Shown one piece after another: positions 38,614-49,833 of a stretch of 64,000 nt of DNA. The notes beneath the pieces were generated by a model. It did not search any database. It was not told the DNA's origin and worked only from the letters and a program-made list of their open reading frames with translations. Numbering within the stretch: the stretch's first letter is position 1; each line of letters opens with the position of its first letter. Source of the stretch: an uncultured Verrucomicrobiae bacterium (GTDB lineage Bacteria > Verrucomicrobiota > Verrucomicrobiia > Chthoniobacterales > JAFAMB01); assembly GCA_963762565.1 (NCBI GenBank), contig CAVXLD010000010.1, positions 320,001 through 384,000 on the forward strand. Reading direction: 5' to 3'. The position numbers were made by a program, and so were the translations under genes.

Positions 38614-39431
38614 TGTTCTCGTCCCTGTTATTAGTGTTGGGTATTGCCGTTCTGGGTCTCGGACTTCGTACCTTCCGGAATCCGATCTGTCGACGACTGA
38701 GCGTAGTTTGTCTTCTGTTCACCTCGTTTCTTATCGGTTACTTGCCGACGGGCAGCTGGCCAGTGGGAGTGATCTTCGTTGCGTTTTGGATTTTGCTTCC
38801 CTGGGTCGAAATCATTGCCAGGGTCCGGAAGTTACGCCTTCCTATAGAACGCGTTTTCTCCGCAGCCGCACCTCCTCGAGATGAGCTGTTCCCGTTTCTC
38901 AACCTGTTGACGGATGAGATCGAAAGCCTGGATTTTACGTTAGCCGATGAAATTAGTTGCCAGTGGCAAAACCAGCAGCAATTCGTCCGCCTTTTTCACC
39001 GGAGCACTGACCAGAGCCAAATGGCGGTCTGCCTGATCCATCAAGGTCCAATCGCTTTCTGTTATGTCAGTTTGATGACACGCGCTCGGGCCGGCCATGT
39101 GTTTTTGACCTGGACCTATCCTTTTGCTTACTCGCTCAAATTCTTGCCTAGCACGCGGGTCCAACGAGTCAGGTCCGATCTCTCAATCCAGCAAATCTGC
39201 GAAGCCCATCGCTCGATGCTCTCGAAAGCACATCTTGACAGCGTTGATGTGCAGCCGTTGGAGCCCGACCACATGCGGGATCTGCTAGAGCAGGATCTAA
39301 AAGATCAGATCGAACACAATGTGAGATCCGGTCTGCTCACCCCTGCCGGTAACCACGAGGTTCGTTATACCTGGCGCGGCATGATCTATCTCTGGTCCCG
39401 TTTCCTTCTCGACTTCGTTCGGATGACGTAA
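38613..39431 (+). CDS. Hypothetical membrane protein
   Basis: Three N-terminal hydrophobic segments; start overlaps the stop of the glutaredoxin gene. Confidence 0.75.
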   Translation: MFSSLLLVLGIAVLGLGLRTFRNPICRRLSVVCLLFTSFLIGYLPTGSWPVGVIFVAFWILLPWVEIIARVRKLRLPIERVFSAAAPPRDELFPFLNLLTDEIESLDFTLADEISCQWQNQQQFVRLFHRSTDQSQMAVCLIHQGPIAFCYVSLMTRARAGHVFLTWTYPFAYSLKFLPSTRVQRVRSDLSIQQICEAHRSMLSKAHLDSVDVQPLEPDHMRDLLEQDLKDQIEHNVRSGLLTPAGNHEVRYTWRGMIYLWSRFLLDFVRMT

Positions 39432-39597
39432 AAGGCGCACGGCGGGCCAGAACCGCTCGCGCGATTAACCAATACGCTACCAGCAAATACGGATGGGACC
39501 TATATGTTTCCTATAAGTCCCATTGGTCCTATAGGTCCTATCCGTGCCACCGCCCCTGATTCGTCGAGCACGAGGACGACGACGAGAACGAGCACGA

Positions 39598-40992
39598 TTA
39601 AGAGCCCACCGCGCAATCCTGGTATACCCCCGGCGTCACCTCCAGTACTTCATTGGAGCCATTCTCGAAGCGCACATCTCCAACGATCTCTACACCTTCC
39701 GCGAAACGCCATGGGCCTCTTATAGTCAACGACCGGCTCCGGAGCAGCGACGGAATTCCGTGAGCAACTAGCTCCTCAAGTTGATCCACCAATTTGTAAT
39801 TGTCTGACAACTCGACCTTCGGCGGAACACCGTGGCGCTCGGGTCGCAAACCAAGCCGAAACGATTTATCCAGCTCGTACGCATCAGAACGAACCGCTAG
39901 TAAATCACCCGTCGTTTTCACGGGAGAAAAACGCGATCGAGGAACCTCTAGTGCGGTTGCGCCGTCGAAACATTCAATGGCTGCTCCCATTGCCGCCTCT
40001 AATTGAAAAACTTTTGGGCTGTTCTTATCGCGCGGATCGACATTTTTCTCGTTTCGAATCAGCGGCAAAGGAATAAAACCGGACCCTCTGGTCAGTTCCT
40101 CGAACAACCTGTTTAACCGAATCCAGAGATTATTTGTGTTGAAGTAGCGATGGCGATCAATGTCCTGAAAAGAAGCGAGATCTTTCTCTGGACACTGCGC
40201 TGACTCCCGCAACAGCAATCGCTTCGTCTCCAGACGCCGCGCCAGGTGGCCTCCTTTGCGATCCGATGGCGTGCGGCGAGTTACTTCCATCAGAAAAGGC
40301 GCACCTGACTCTGCAAAGAATCGGAGAAGATTTGAGTCCAGAGTGGCGCCTAAATTATCTGCATTGGAAACAAACAAGTATTTTTTACCTGCTTCCAAAA
40401 GTCGTTTGAGCAAACCGGACCCGTACAAGCAGACATAAAGATCGGCGTGCCCGGGCGGACACCATTCGAGTGCCGGATTGGAGGGCCACGAGATTGGCAG
40501 AAGGCTATTTTTGTCGATCTTTGGCACCCTGTTCTGGAGCAATTCCATGCGCTTTGGGTCGCCCAACTCCTGGTAGGACAGCATCGCATAGAGGGTGTCG
40601 TCGCTGGTGCTGAAACTATTCATGAAGAACAGCCCCAAGCCCGGCGCCGCATTCGTTCGCAGATGCAGGAACTGCTTCACGATGATGTCGAGAAATGTGA
40701 GATCGCCGCGAACCCGAAGAAGGCTTTTTGCCTTTTCTAACCCCATGCTGGTACCAAGCCCGCCGTTCAATTTCAGAACCAGGGTCTCGTGCAAATACTC
40801 CCCGGCGGTGTGAGGGAGTTCTGGCTGGTCCAGGGAAGGCAATTGAGAGATCGGTTCGATCGTTTCTTCGGAGATCAACCCAGTATCGTTGTCTAACAGT
40901 TTCTGGTACTGGAAAAGAAACGCCTGGATGGCCGCCTCGCTCAATCCAGCCGCCCGCATCTTCTTCTCGATCAAAGCAACCGCTTGGCTCAT
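39598..40992 (-). CDS. UTP--glucose-1-phosphate uridylyltransferase, eukaryote-type (UDPGP family)
   Basis: LKLNGGLGTSMG, MNSF, WCPPGH, VSNADNLGA, FNTNN, RFSPVK. Confidence 0.92.
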   Translation of the reverse strand: MSQAVALIEKKMRAAGLSEAAIQAFLFQYQKLLDNDTGLISEETIEPISQLPSLDQPELPHTAGEYLHETLVLKLNGGLGTSMGLEKAKSLLRVRGDLTFLDIIVKQFLHLRTNAAPGLGLFFMNSFSTSDDTLYAMLSYQELGDPKRMELLQNRVPKIDKNSLLPISWPSNPALEWCPPGHADLYVCLYGSGLLKRLLEAGKKYLFVSNADNLGATLDSNLLRFFAESGAPFLMEVTRRTPSDRKGGHLARRLETKRLLLRESAQCPEKDLASFQDIDRHRYFNTNNLWIRLNRLFEELTRGSGFIPLPLIRNEKNVDPRDKNSPKVFQLEAAMGAAIECFDGATALEVPRSRFSPVKTTGDLLAVRSDAYELDKSFRLGLRPERHGVPPKVELSDNYKLVDQLEELVAHGIPSLLRSRSLTIRGPWRFAEGVEIVGDVRFENGSNEVLEVTPGVYQDCAVGS

Positions 40993-41005
40993 TGGGGCAA
41001 AAATT

Positions 41006-41285
41006 GGTCGGGCCGAGTGCCTGCCGCGCCGCAGGCTTGGCGAAGGCGGGCTCCCGATTCACCGCTGGGCCTCGCAACGGAACTCGTGCACTTATGGACT
41101 GGCGGGTTCATCGCCTCAAATCTGCCGAGCCGTGGCGTCGCTGTCTACTGGGGTTTTAGCTTCCAACTCTCGCTGCCGAATCGGCGCCGTGGCTCGCCAG
41201 CGCTCAGGCCCCGAGCGCAATAGATTTCATCTGCTTCCTCGGCCCTGCGAACCCTATTCGGCCGTTCCGGAGCCTCGCCCTGCCA
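41006..41285. repeat. Family B REPIN-like pair; left unit carries the mini-insertion (41020-41050)
   Basis: GGTCGGGCCGAGTG[CCTGCCGCGCCGCAGGCTTGGCGAAGGCGGG]CTCC; CTGCCGAGCCG 41122; GGAGCCTCGCCCTGCC 41269. Confidence 0.78.
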
Positions 41286-41347
41286 AATCCTACCAACCGA
41301 AATCGTTCGACAACCGCCCAGACCTCCGTAACCGATACTAGACAGCT

Positions 41348-43573
41348 ATGGATAAAGTGCAGGTATGGCCGGGAAAGCCCTATCCCCTGGGGGCTACATG
41401 GACGGGTAAAGGCGTGAACTTCGCTCTGTACTCTGCCAACGCAACAGGTGTCGATTTATGCCTGTTCGAGAACCCGGAAACCGACCGCGAAAACATTCGG
41501 ATCAGACTTCGCGAGGTAACCGATCATATCTGGCACGTTTTCCTGCCTGATGCAGAACCCGGTCAACTTTATGCCTATCGGGTTTACGGTTTGTACGAGC
41601 CAGCCGCCGGCCACCGATTCAACGCATCGAAGGTACTCATCGACCCCTATGCAAAAGCGATTGCTGGCAAGGTGATATGGGGACCGGAAATGTTCGGTTA
41701 CCCACTAGGAAACGCCGCCGAAGATCTAAAACGCGACTATCTGGATAACGTTTCCTCCATGCCGAAATGTATCGTGATCGATCCTGCGTTTGATTGGCAG
41801 AAAGACCAACCACCCCGTACCCCCCTTGAAGAAACCGTGATGTATGAGGTGCACGTTCGCGGATTTACTAAGGAATGGGAGACGATCCCTAAAGAAGTCC
41901 GCGGCACTTACGCCGGGCTTGGTTCGCCAGAAGCTCTCAAATATTTGCAAGAGCTCGGCGTCACCGCGGTGGAGCTTTTGCCGGTCCATGAGCATTGCGA
42001 CGAAGGTTTCCTGTTAGACCGAGGCGTCACCAACTACTGGGGATACAACACGCTTGGCTTTTTCGCTCCGGAGAGCAGTTACTCCAGCGCCGGTTTTCTC
42101 GGTGCACAAGTGGCCGAGTTCAAGACGATGGTGCAAAATCTCCATCGAGCCGGGATCGAAGTCATCTTAGACGTCGTTTATAATCATACGGCCGAGGGGA
42201 ATCATCTCGGTCCGACCCTATCATTCAAAGGGATCGATAACGCGTCGTACTACCGGCTAGTGCCTGATAATCCCCGTTTTTACATGGATTACACCGGCTG
42301 CGGTAATACGCCCAACACTCAAAATCCGCGCGTGCTGCAGTTGATCATGGATAGCCTTAGATACTGGGTCACAGAAATGCATGTCGACGGCTTTCGCTTT
42401 GATCTGGCATCTGCACTGGGCCGAGAGGAGCATTTGGTCGATGCGCATTCCGGCTTTTTCGACATCTTGCTGCAGGATCCCATCCTTTCTCAGGTAAAAC
42501 TGATCGCCGAGCCCTGGGACCTCGGAGAGGGTGGTTACATGGTTGGTAAGTTCCCCGCTCCGTGGTCGGAGTGGAACGGGAAGTATCGCGATTGTATCCG
42601 CCGTTATTGGAAGGGAGACGACGGTCTGCTGGCGGAGTTTGCCTATCGATTGACCGGAAGCCCGGATCTCTACCAACATCAGGGTAAAGCGCCCCGAGCG
42701 AGCATCAATTTTGTTACCGTTCACGACGGTTTTACCCTCAACGACCTGGTTTCTTATAACGAGAAGCACAACGAAGCGAACGGTGAGGAAAATCGCGACG
42801 GGGATAGTCACAACAATTCTTGGAATTGCGGCGTTGAAGGCGCAACGGACGACGTAAAAATCAATGAATTACGCGAGCGCCAAAAACGAAATTTCCTAGC
42901 TACACTCTTTCTGTCGCAGGGGGTTCCTCTTTTAAACGGAGGCGACGAGTTTTCGCGTACCCAGAAAGGAAATAACAATACCTATTGCCAAGATAACGAG
43001 ATCAGCTGGTTCAATTGGCAACGGACCCCGGAGCAAGAGCAGCTTGTCCGGTTCACGACCCAACTTATCCAATTCCGGCGGGAACACCCGGTGTTTCGTC
43101 GCCCCAAATATTTTACCGGTCGAAGAATTCGGGGCTCCGATGTAAAGGATCTCATGTGGTTTGCTCCTAACGGAGCCGAGATGAAGGAAGCTGACTGGCA
43201 AAACGGCTTTGCCAAAAGCGTCGGCGTACTGTTTGGCGGCGCAACCTCGGACGTGAGAGATCCCCGCGGAGAACCGGTCCGAGACGATACTTTTCTCCTC
43301 CTTTTCAACGCGCATTACGACCCGCTGACTTTCATCTTGCCTGGCCGCGAAGAGATCCGGTGGGAGACCGTTATTAACACTGCTACAGAGGCCGGTTTCG
43401 TTAAGACCGGGGAGGTTGTCGCTGCGGGCGACGAGGTTGAGTTGATTGAAAGAAGCCTCTCCCTTCTTCGGCTTTCGGAGGGTGATCAGACGTTCGCACA
43501 CGAGGAATCACGTTCGACCCGAGAAGGAAAGATACCCACCAAGATGCCTACGCAAAAAGAGACGCAGGGATGA
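41348..43573 (+). CDS. glgX: Glycogen debranching enzyme (GlgX/TreX)
   Basis: PYPLGAT, NYWGY, DVVYNHTAEG, DGFRFDLA, AEPWD, HDGFTL. Confidence 0.96.
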   Translation: MDKVQVWPGKPYPLGATWTGKGVNFALYSANATGVDLCLFENPETDRENIRIRLREVTDHIWHVFLPDAEPGQLYAYRVYGLYEPAAGHRFNASKVLIDPYAKAIAGKVIWGPEMFGYPLGNAAEDLKRDYLDNVSSMPKCIVIDPAFDWQKDQPPRTPLEETVMYEVHVRGFTKEWETIPKEVRGTYAGLGSPEALKYLQELGVTAVELLPVHEHCDEGFLLDRGVTNYWGYNTLGFFAPESSYSSAGFLGAQVAEFKTMVQNLHRAGIEVILDVVYNHTAEGNHLGPTLSFKGIDNASYYRLVPDNPRFYMDYTGCGNTPNTQNPRVLQLIMDSLRYWVTEMHVDGFRFDLASALGREEHLVDAHSGFFDILLQDPILSQVKLIAEPWDLGEGGYMVGKFPAPWSEWNGKYRDCIRRYWKGDDGLLAEFAYRLTGSPDLYQHQGKAPRASINFVTVHDGFTLNDLVSYNEKHNEANGEENRDGDSHNNSWNCGVEGATDDVKINELRERQKRNFLATLFLSQGVPLLNGGDEFSRTQKGNNNTYCQDNEISWFNWQRTPEQEQLVRFTTQLIQFRREHPVFRRPKYFTGRRIRGSDVKDLMWFAPNGAEMKEADWQNGFAKSVGVLFGGATSDVRDPRGEPVRDDTFLLLFNAHYDPLTFILPGREEIRWETVINTATEAGFVKTGEVVAAGDEVELIERSLSLLRLSEGDQTFAHEESRSTREGKIPTKMPTQKETQG

Positions 43574-43650
43574 GGAACGAGCGGAAACGAGCGGGAGCGC
43601 CGGGAACGAGCGGGAACGCGAACGCTGTGTATAATACCACGCCCCTGACC

Positions 43651-43773
43651 CGGGAGGGCGCGCGTCCTCGCGCGCCGCGAATAGGCCTGGAACCGTCGAT
43701 ATATTCAAACGCTTGGCCGAAGAACACGCTCGGCTTCGGGTACAAACGGATCGCGAGGACGCGATCCCTCCCG
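43651..43773. repeat. Family C REP pair without insertion (empty allele)
   Basis: CGGGAGGGCGCGCGTCCTCGCGCGCCG ... CGGATCGCGAGGACGCGATCCCTCCCG. Confidence 0.85.
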
Positions 43774-43817
43774 AGAAAGCAGACAAAAAACGTTATTCGC
43801 TGCCACACACTGACCAG

Positions 43818-45668
43818 ATGAAACACAGACGCTATTCTCAAGGAGCCGAGCTTACCCAGAACGGCGTTTCTTTCCGAACTTGGGCCACGAACAAGAAATC
43901 GGTTTCGGTGCTTCTGCTCAATCCAGAGCGGCAGCCAATCCGTGAACTGCCGCTCACTCAGGACCAAGAGGGCTATTATTCCGTCGAGGATCCACAGGCG
44001 GCGGTGGGCACCCTTTATCAGTACCGATTGGACGGTCAGCTCGTGCCCGATCCAGCGTCAAGATTTCAGCCGTTCGGCGTCCATGGCCCTTCTCAAATTG
44101 TGGATGGCAACGCCTTTGTTTGGTCAGACCAAAGTTGGAAACCCCCTTCATTAAGCGAGCTGATCATCTACGAACTGCACGTCGGCACTTTCACCCGCGA
44201 GGGATCTTTCCGATCCATCATCGATCATTTCGACCATTTGCTCCGTCTAGGAGTGAACGCAATCGAGCTAATGCCGATCGCAGATTTTCCCGGTGACCGC
44301 AATTGGGGGTATGACGGAGTACAAATTTTCGCTCCCTGCCGGGCCTACGGAAATCCGGACGATCTACGCTTCTTTATCAACGCGGCGCATCGGTCCGGGT
44401 TAGCGGTAATCCTCGACGTGGTCTACAACCATTTCGGTCCGGACGGGAACTATCTCGGAGTTTATTCCAAGACCTACTTTAATCCCGATCATCATACCCC
44501 TTGGGGGCTGGCGTTTAATTTCGATTGTAGCGACTGCGCCCCGGTCCGTTCATTTTTCTTGGAGAACCCGATTTATTGGCGTCAGGAATTCCATTTTGAT
44601 GGGTTCCGTCTAGATGCAACCCAGGCTATTCCTGACGACTCCAAAAAGCACGTTATCCAAGAGATTGCCGAAGAAGTTCAAGGTCGCGGCGCCTTGGTGA
44701 TTTGCGAAGACCCGCGCAACGAACGACTGATTGTTTTACCTCGTTCATCCGGCGGCTATGGTTGCGATGCGGTTTGGGCGGACGATTTTCATCACGTGGT
44801 CCGTACTTTGATGACTGGGGAAAACGAAGGCTATCTGGGTTACTTCGCCGGAACGCCCGAGCAATTATTGACCACGGTCCGAGAAGGCTGGCTATTCACC
44901 GGGCAACTGCAAAAGGATGGAATTGCTCGCGGCAGCAAAGGAATTGATATCGAACCCGAACATTTCGTCGTTTGCATCTCCAACCACGACCAAGTCGGGA
45001 ACCGCGCTTTTGGCGACCGATTGAATGCGATCATTTCGGCGGAATCGTACCGGGCCGCTTCGGCGCTCTGCCTCCTGGCGCCTTACACACCGATGCTCTT
45101 TATGGGCCAGGAATGGTCTAGTTCGTCACCCTTCTGCTATTTCACCGACCACGAGCCTACCCTTGGCGGCAATATCGCCAGGGGACGCAGGAAAGAATTC
45201 GAGCAATTCTCGGCGTTCCGCGACGCCGACAAACGGGAGAAAATTCCGGACTCACAGGCTGAACAAACATTCCTGGCATCGAAGCTAAATTGGGACGAGG
45301 TCACCGCGGGACAACATCAGACCGTACTTCGGCTTTACCAGGATTGTATCCGGTTTCGTCAAGCCAAGCTCAGGGACCGGCGACGCGGTGTCTGGCAGGT
45401 TGAATTAGTTTCCGATCAAACACTCGCCCTCCGATATTCGCCCCCGGAAAACGCTGAAGTCCTTATCCTGGTTCAACTCGCTCCAGCTAAGACCACGTTG
45501 GATCTTAACCTTCCCATCCTGCGACCTGCCCCAGGTCACCCCTGGAAATTCTCTCTTTCATCCAACGAGCCCGAGTATGGCGGCGAACAACCTGGTTTCT
45601 GTGACCCGCAGAAAGAAGCATTTTTTTTGATCCAGCCCGAAACAATCATGTTTGTGGCGCACGCATAA
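43818..45668 (+). CDS. treZ: Malto-oligosyltrehalose trehalohydrolase
   Basis: PDPASRFQPFGVHGPS, YELHVGTF, RNWGYDG, DGFRLDA, NHDQVGNR. Confidence 0.95.
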   Translation: MKHRRYSQGAELTQNGVSFRTWATNKKSVSVLLLNPERQPIRELPLTQDQEGYYSVEDPQAAVGTLYQYRLDGQLVPDPASRFQPFGVHGPSQIVDGNAFVWSDQSWKPPSLSELIIYELHVGTFTREGSFRSIIDHFDHLLRLGVNAIELMPIADFPGDRNWGYDGVQIFAPCRAYGNPDDLRFFINAAHRSGLAVILDVVYNHFGPDGNYLGVYSKTYFNPDHHTPWGLAFNFDCSDCAPVRSFFLENPIYWRQEFHFDGFRLDATQAIPDDSKKHVIQEIAEEVQGRGALVICEDPRNERLIVLPRSSGGYGCDAVWADDFHHVVRTLMTGENEGYLGYFAGTPEQLLTTVREGWLFTGQLQKDGIARGSKGIDIEPEHFVVCISNHDQVGNRAFGDRLNAIISAESYRAASALCLLAPYTPMLFMGQEWSSSSPFCYFTDHEPTLGGNIARGRRKEFEQFSAFRDADKREKIPDSQAEQTFLASKLNWDEVTAGQHQTVLRLYQDCIRFRQAKLRDRRRGVWQVELVSDQTLALRYSPPENAEVLILVQLAPAKTTLDLNLPILRPAPGHPWKFSLSSNEPEYGGEQPGFCDPQKEAFFLIQPETIMFVAHA

Positions 45669-45690
45669 AACGTGGAGGCGAAAGTGAACG

Positions 45691-48519
45691 ATGGCTGCTA
45701 AACCCCGAATTCCCACCGCAACTTACCGACTGCAATTCAGCCGCCACTTCACCTTTAAGGATGCGATTGAAGTTATCCCTTACCTAGAAAAACTCGGGAT
45801 CAGCGACGTTTACAGTTCTCCGTTCTACCGCTCGCGTGGAGGAACTGATCACGGCTATGACGTGATCAACCACAACGAGCTCAATCCCACTCTTGGTACT
45901 CAGGAAGATTTCGAAGCCTTTATCGCTGCTCTGAAGGAGCGTGGTATGGGCCACATCGCGGATTTCGTTCCCAACCACATGGGCATCGCGGATCCAGACA
46001 ATGAATGGTGGATGGACGTCTTGGAGAGTGGTCCCGGTTCCGTTTATGCCTCTTTCTTTGATATCGATTGGGACCCGATTAAACCGCAGTTGCAGAATAA
46101 GGTCCTTTTACCCGTCCTGGGAGACCAGTACGGCAGAGTGCTCGAAAGCGGTCAGTTTGAACTCGATTTTCACGACGGAGCCTTTTTTGTGAAATACTTT
46201 GAGTGGGTCTTCCCTCTCAATCCCAGAACCTATCCTCAAATTTTGCGGATCGCCCTGGAGAAGCTCCAAGGCTACAACGAAGAAGAAATGTATCTCGAGC
46301 TCGAGAGCATCATCACGGCTCTCGACCATTTGCCGGCCCGGACCGAAGTGGATGATGACAAGGTCAGGGAACGTTCTCGAGAAAAGGAGGTGGCTAAACG
46401 CCGTATCGCCCGTCTCTGCCTCGAGACTCCACAAGTGGGAGACGCCATCCAACGCGCGCTAAACATTTTGGAAGGCAAGCCGGGAAATCCCAGATCGTTC
46501 GACTTGCTCGATAGCCTTCTGAATTCTCAGCCCTACCGTCTCAGCTATTGGCGGGTTGCCGCAGAGGAAATCAACTATCGCCGATTTTTCGACGTCAACG
46601 AGCTCGCCGGTATCAAAGTGGAGAACCCAAAGGTCTTCGAGACGATTCACCGCCTGCTATTCCAGCTCTTGAAAGATGCCAGTGTCACCGGTGTCCGGAT
46701 TGATCACGTAGACGGGTTGCAAAATCCCAAGAAATATCTCATCGACCTGCAAAAGCATTGCCAAGACGGCTCGGACGAAGGAACGGCTGCGCGCCTTAAT
46801 CCGGACAACGGATGCTATTTGATCGTCGAGAAAATCTTGGAGGATAACGAACAGTTGCGAACCGATTGGCCCGTACATGGCACCACGGGATACGAATTTG
46901 CCTACGAGACCACTCAGTTGCTGGTCGATTCCAGTAACGCAGACCGATTCTCCCGTATTTACCGTGAGTTCATCGATCGATATGTTCATGTTGAATCCCT
47001 CATCTACGAGAAGAAAAAGCTGGTCATGGAAGTCACGTTGTCCAGCGACATCGAAACGCTCAGCCACATGTTGAGTGAGGTCGCCGAACGCGACCGTCTG
47101 CACCGCGACTTTACCTTGGATACGCTCAGCCTGGTGGTCAGCGAGCTTATCGCCTGCTTCCCGGTTTATAGGACTTATATCACCGCCGAGAGCGGCGTTT
47201 CCGAGCTTGATCGGCACGTCATACTGCGTGCGATTCGCGCCGCTAAACGCCGGAACGCGGCCATGGAGCCGTCTATTTTCGATTTCTTACGCGGGATCTT
47301 GTTACTGGAAAACTTCGAATCGGCAGACGAGACCACAAGGGAACTCCAACTCGATTTCGTCAATAAGTTTCAGCAGAGCACCGGACCGATCATGGCCAAG
47401 GGCTTAGAGGATACTGCTTATTATATCTTTAATCGATTGACCGCTCTGAACGAAGTCGGCGGAGCCCCTCAACAATTCGGGATGTCGCTCGAGCGGTTTC
47501 ACGAACGGACCCGGCTCCGCTGGGCGGCAACTCCCAGCACGCTCCTGACTCTAACTACACACGACACCAAACGCAGCGAGGACGTCCGGGCCCGAATCGC
47601 AGTGCTCAGCGAAATCCCAGACCAGTGGCAGAGCTGGTTGGAGGAATGGCGAAAACTGACTGCCGGCGCCAAGTCCGATTTAGAAGGTGAGATCGCCCCG
47701 AATGCCAACGAGGAATACCTGTATTATCAGACTTTGTTAGGAACCTGGCCAGTATCCGCCGAAGAAGTTGATGAGACCTACGTCGAGCGAATCCAACGAT
47801 ACATGCTGAAGGCGATTAAGGAGGCCAAAGTCAATAGTAGTTGGATTTCACCCAACGAGGTCTGGGAGGACGCGGCCCGGCGATACGTGGCCACAACCTT
47901 AGAACCAGATCATCTCTTTCGACAGGCCATTGCCAAAGCCGCCGAGGGCATCGCTTGGCACGGAATGTTGAACTCTTTGTCTCAGACGATCCTGAAGCTC
48001 ACTTGCCCAGGTGTGCCTGATTTCTTCCAAGGCTCGGAACTATGGGATCTCCGCCTGGTTGATCCAGACAATCGTGGGTCAATTGATTACACACTCCGGG
48101 AAAACGCCCTAGAAGAAGTAAGCGGTAAAGTCATCGAAACTTTGCTGCCATCGTGGAAAAACGGTTCCATCAAAATAGCCGCCGTGGGCGCCTTGCTCCA
48201 ACTTCGTCGGCGGTCACCTCGCTTATTCGAAACCGGCACTTATTCTTCGTTGTACGCGACCGGTGCCAAACGCGACTGTGTCATCGCCTTTCACCGGCGC
48301 AGCGAAAACCAGGATATCCTGGTGATCGTCCCTCGATTTACTACCCGACTAGGTAGCGCGAATCGCCCATTCGATTGGGGCGATACCCAGCTATTGATTG
48401 ATGAATCGTTGCCCGCGATGCGTGATTTGCTCAGCAGCCGTAAGCTGACCAAAGGCCAAGACAGCGTACCCTTAAAAGCGCTCCAGAACTTCCCGTTCGC
48501 GGTATTCAGCAACTTCTAA
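45691..48519 (+). CDS. treY: Malto-oligosyltrehalose synthase
   Basis: [56 protein letters not shown]. Confidence 0.96.
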   Translation: MAAKPRIPTATYRLQFSRHFTFKDAIEVIPYLEKLGISDVYSSPFYRSRGGTDHGYDVINHNELNPTLGTQEDFEAFIAALKERGMGHIADFVPNHMGIADPDNEWWMDVLESGPGSVYASFFDIDWDPIKPQLQNKVLLPVLGDQYGRVLESGQFELDFHDGAFFVKYFEWVFPLNPRTYPQILRIALEKLQGYNEEEMYLELESIITALDHLPARTEVDDDKVRERSREKEVAKRRIARLCLETPQVGDAIQRALNILEGKPGNPRSFDLLDSLLNSQPYRLSYWRVAAEEINYRRFFDVNELAGIKVENPKVFETIHRLLFQLLKDASVTGVRIDHVDGLQNPKKYLIDLQKHCQDGSDEGTAARLNPDNGCYLIVEKILEDNEQLRTDWPVHGTTGYEFAYETTQLLVDSSNADRFSRIYREFIDRYVHVESLIYEKKKLVMEVTLSSDIETLSHMLSEVAERDRLHRDFTLDTLSLVVSELIACFPVYRTYITAESGVSELDRHVILRAIRAAKRRNAAMEPSIFDFLRGILLLENFESADETTRELQLDFVNKFQQSTGPIMAKGLEDTAYYIFNRLTALNEVGGAPQQFGMSLERFHERTRLRWAATPSTLLTLTTHDTKRSEDVRARIAVLSEIPDQWQSWLEEWRKLTAGAKSDLEGEIAPNANEEYLYYQTLLGTWPVSAEEVDETYVERIQRYMLKAIKEAKVNSSWISPNEVWEDAARRYVATTLEPDHLFRQAIAKAAEGIAWHGMLNSLSQTILKLTCPGVPDFFQGSELWDLRLVDPDNRGSIDYTLRENALEEVSGKVIETLLPSWKNGSIKIAAVGALLQLRRRSPRLFETGTYSSLYATGAKRDCVIAFHRRSENQDILVIVPRFTTRLGSANRPFDWGDTQLLIDESLPAMRDLLSSRKLTKGQDSVPLKALQNFPFAVFSNF

Positions 48520-48663
48520 GGTTGCGGGTTACGGGTTGCGGGTTAAATCTCCCGCCGCCACTGCGCCATATAGGTCCTATAGGTCATATAAGTCCTACCC
48601 GCGCCACCATCGCAGACTCGTCCGTCTCCACCGCCCACCAAAACCAAAACGCCAACTCGTAAC

Positions 48664-49497
48664 CTACAACTTCTCCAGCCATTCCTTAACCGTGGCGACC
48701 GTTTGCTTCAGCGTTGAGGTACCGGCGGTTACCCCCACCAAATCGAGGCCCGCGAACCAGCCAGCCTGCAGCTCTTCCGCACGCTCAATATGAAAGCAGC
48801 GTTTACCAGCGGTCTGGCATGCCTTTAACAGTTGGAGAGTGTTGTTGCTGTTTTTGCCTCCGACCACTACGACCGCTTCTACTTGATCTAGCAACATTCG
48901 CAGCGCTGTCTGCCGGTTCTTGGTTGGCTGGCAGACCGTATCACGAAACTCCACTACCGCGTCCGGCCGTTCTTCTTTCAGTGCCGCCACAAGCGCATTC
49001 ACCTGATCGATTGGCTGAGTGGTCTGAGAGACCACCCCAAATCTTGGCTTCGGCGGCAGTGAAGCAATATCTTTGGCGCTTTCGATTACGCTGGCTTCCG
49101 GCAAATCACCGATCAGTCCCCGTACCTCCACATGGCCACGCTTGCCGATGACCGTGGGATGAAAACCGGCTCTGGCCAGCTCAAATAGGGCTTCATGAGC
49201 CTGATGAACCAAAGGACAAGTCCCATCGATTACCTCGTGCCCACGCTCTCGCCACTCGGCGACCGCCCGATTAGACGCACCGTGCGCAGTGATCATCACT
49301 TTCTTGGTGGTCGCTGAGGGCGCATCCAGGGCCGACTCAAGCGCGCCCAATGCACTGAGCTGTTCCTTCGCAATTGGATTGTGAACCAGTTCCCCTAAAA
49401 TGGTTAGTTCTCCGCGACGAGCTAGATCTTCCGCTTGTTTAATCGCGTCTCGGACACCAAAACAGACACCGTAATGTTGAGCTAAAAGTACCTTCAT
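48664..49497 (-). CDS. ispH: 4-hydroxy-3-methylbut-2-enyl diphosphate reductase
   Basis: GVCFGV, LVHN, TAHG, TCPLV, SQTT, TVC.PT..RQ, SNN, GVTAGTS. Confidence 0.95.
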   Translation of the reverse strand: MKVLLAQHYGVCFGVRDAIKQAEDLARRGELTILGELVHNPIAKEQLSALGALESALDAPSATTKKVMITAHGASNRAVAEWRERGHEVIDGTCPLVHQAHEALFELARAGFHPTVIGKRGHVEVRGLIGDLPEASVIESAKDIASLPPKPRFGVVSQTTQPIDQVNALVAALKEERPDAVVEFRDTVCQPTKNRQTALRMLLDQVEAVVVVGGKNSNNTLQLLKACQTAGKRCFHIERAEELQAGWFAGLDLVGVTAGTSTLKQTVATVKEWLEKL

Positions 49498-49505
49498 TTG
49501 CGTGG

Positions 49506-49520
49506 CTTTGTAGAACAAAG
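49506..49520. promoter_or_regulatory. Putative operator CTTTG-N5-CAAAG upstream of ispH
   Basis: CTTTGTAGAACAAAG, 8 nt before the ispH ATG; second copy at 50482-50496. Confidence 0.6.
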
Positions 49521-49536
49521 TTTTAGGCTAAATTTT

Positions 49537-49833
49537 TTATCCCCTGCCGAGTTTGACGATTTCCTCTAGCGTCTCGATGTAGAGTTTGAATGCGGTCCGT
49601 CCTCGCTCAGTCATCGAATAGCTGGTCAATGGCCGATCCAATACTTCTTTGGTGACCGCTACATAGCCGGCCTGATGTAACGTTCGTAGATGGGTTACTA
49701 GATTACCGTCGCTCATCTCCAGCGCAGTCTTCAATTCTTGGAAGGGCCACCGAGGCCGGGTCGCTAGCAAAGTCATGATGGCAAGCCGTCCTTTCTCGTG
49801 GATCGTGCGATCAAGCTTGTTGAAGTCAACCAT
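49537..49833 (-). CDS. Winged-helix transcriptional regulator (HTH_34/ArsR-like)
   Basis: LDRTIHEKGRLAIM, FQELK..LEMSDGNLVTHL..L..AGYV, T..GR.AF..Y. Confidence 0.9.
   Translation of the reverse strand: MVDFNKLDRTIHEKGRLAIMTLLATRPRWPFQELKTALEMSDGNLVTHLRTLHQAGYVAVTKEVLDRPLTSYSMTERGRTAFKLYIETLEEIVKLGRG

Noticed and set aside
2938..41285. CRISPR-like interpretation of constant-length spacers between conserved motifs
   Set aside because: Units are dispersed inverted pairs rather than tandem direct repeats, the spacers retain mutual similarity, and no cas genes are present.
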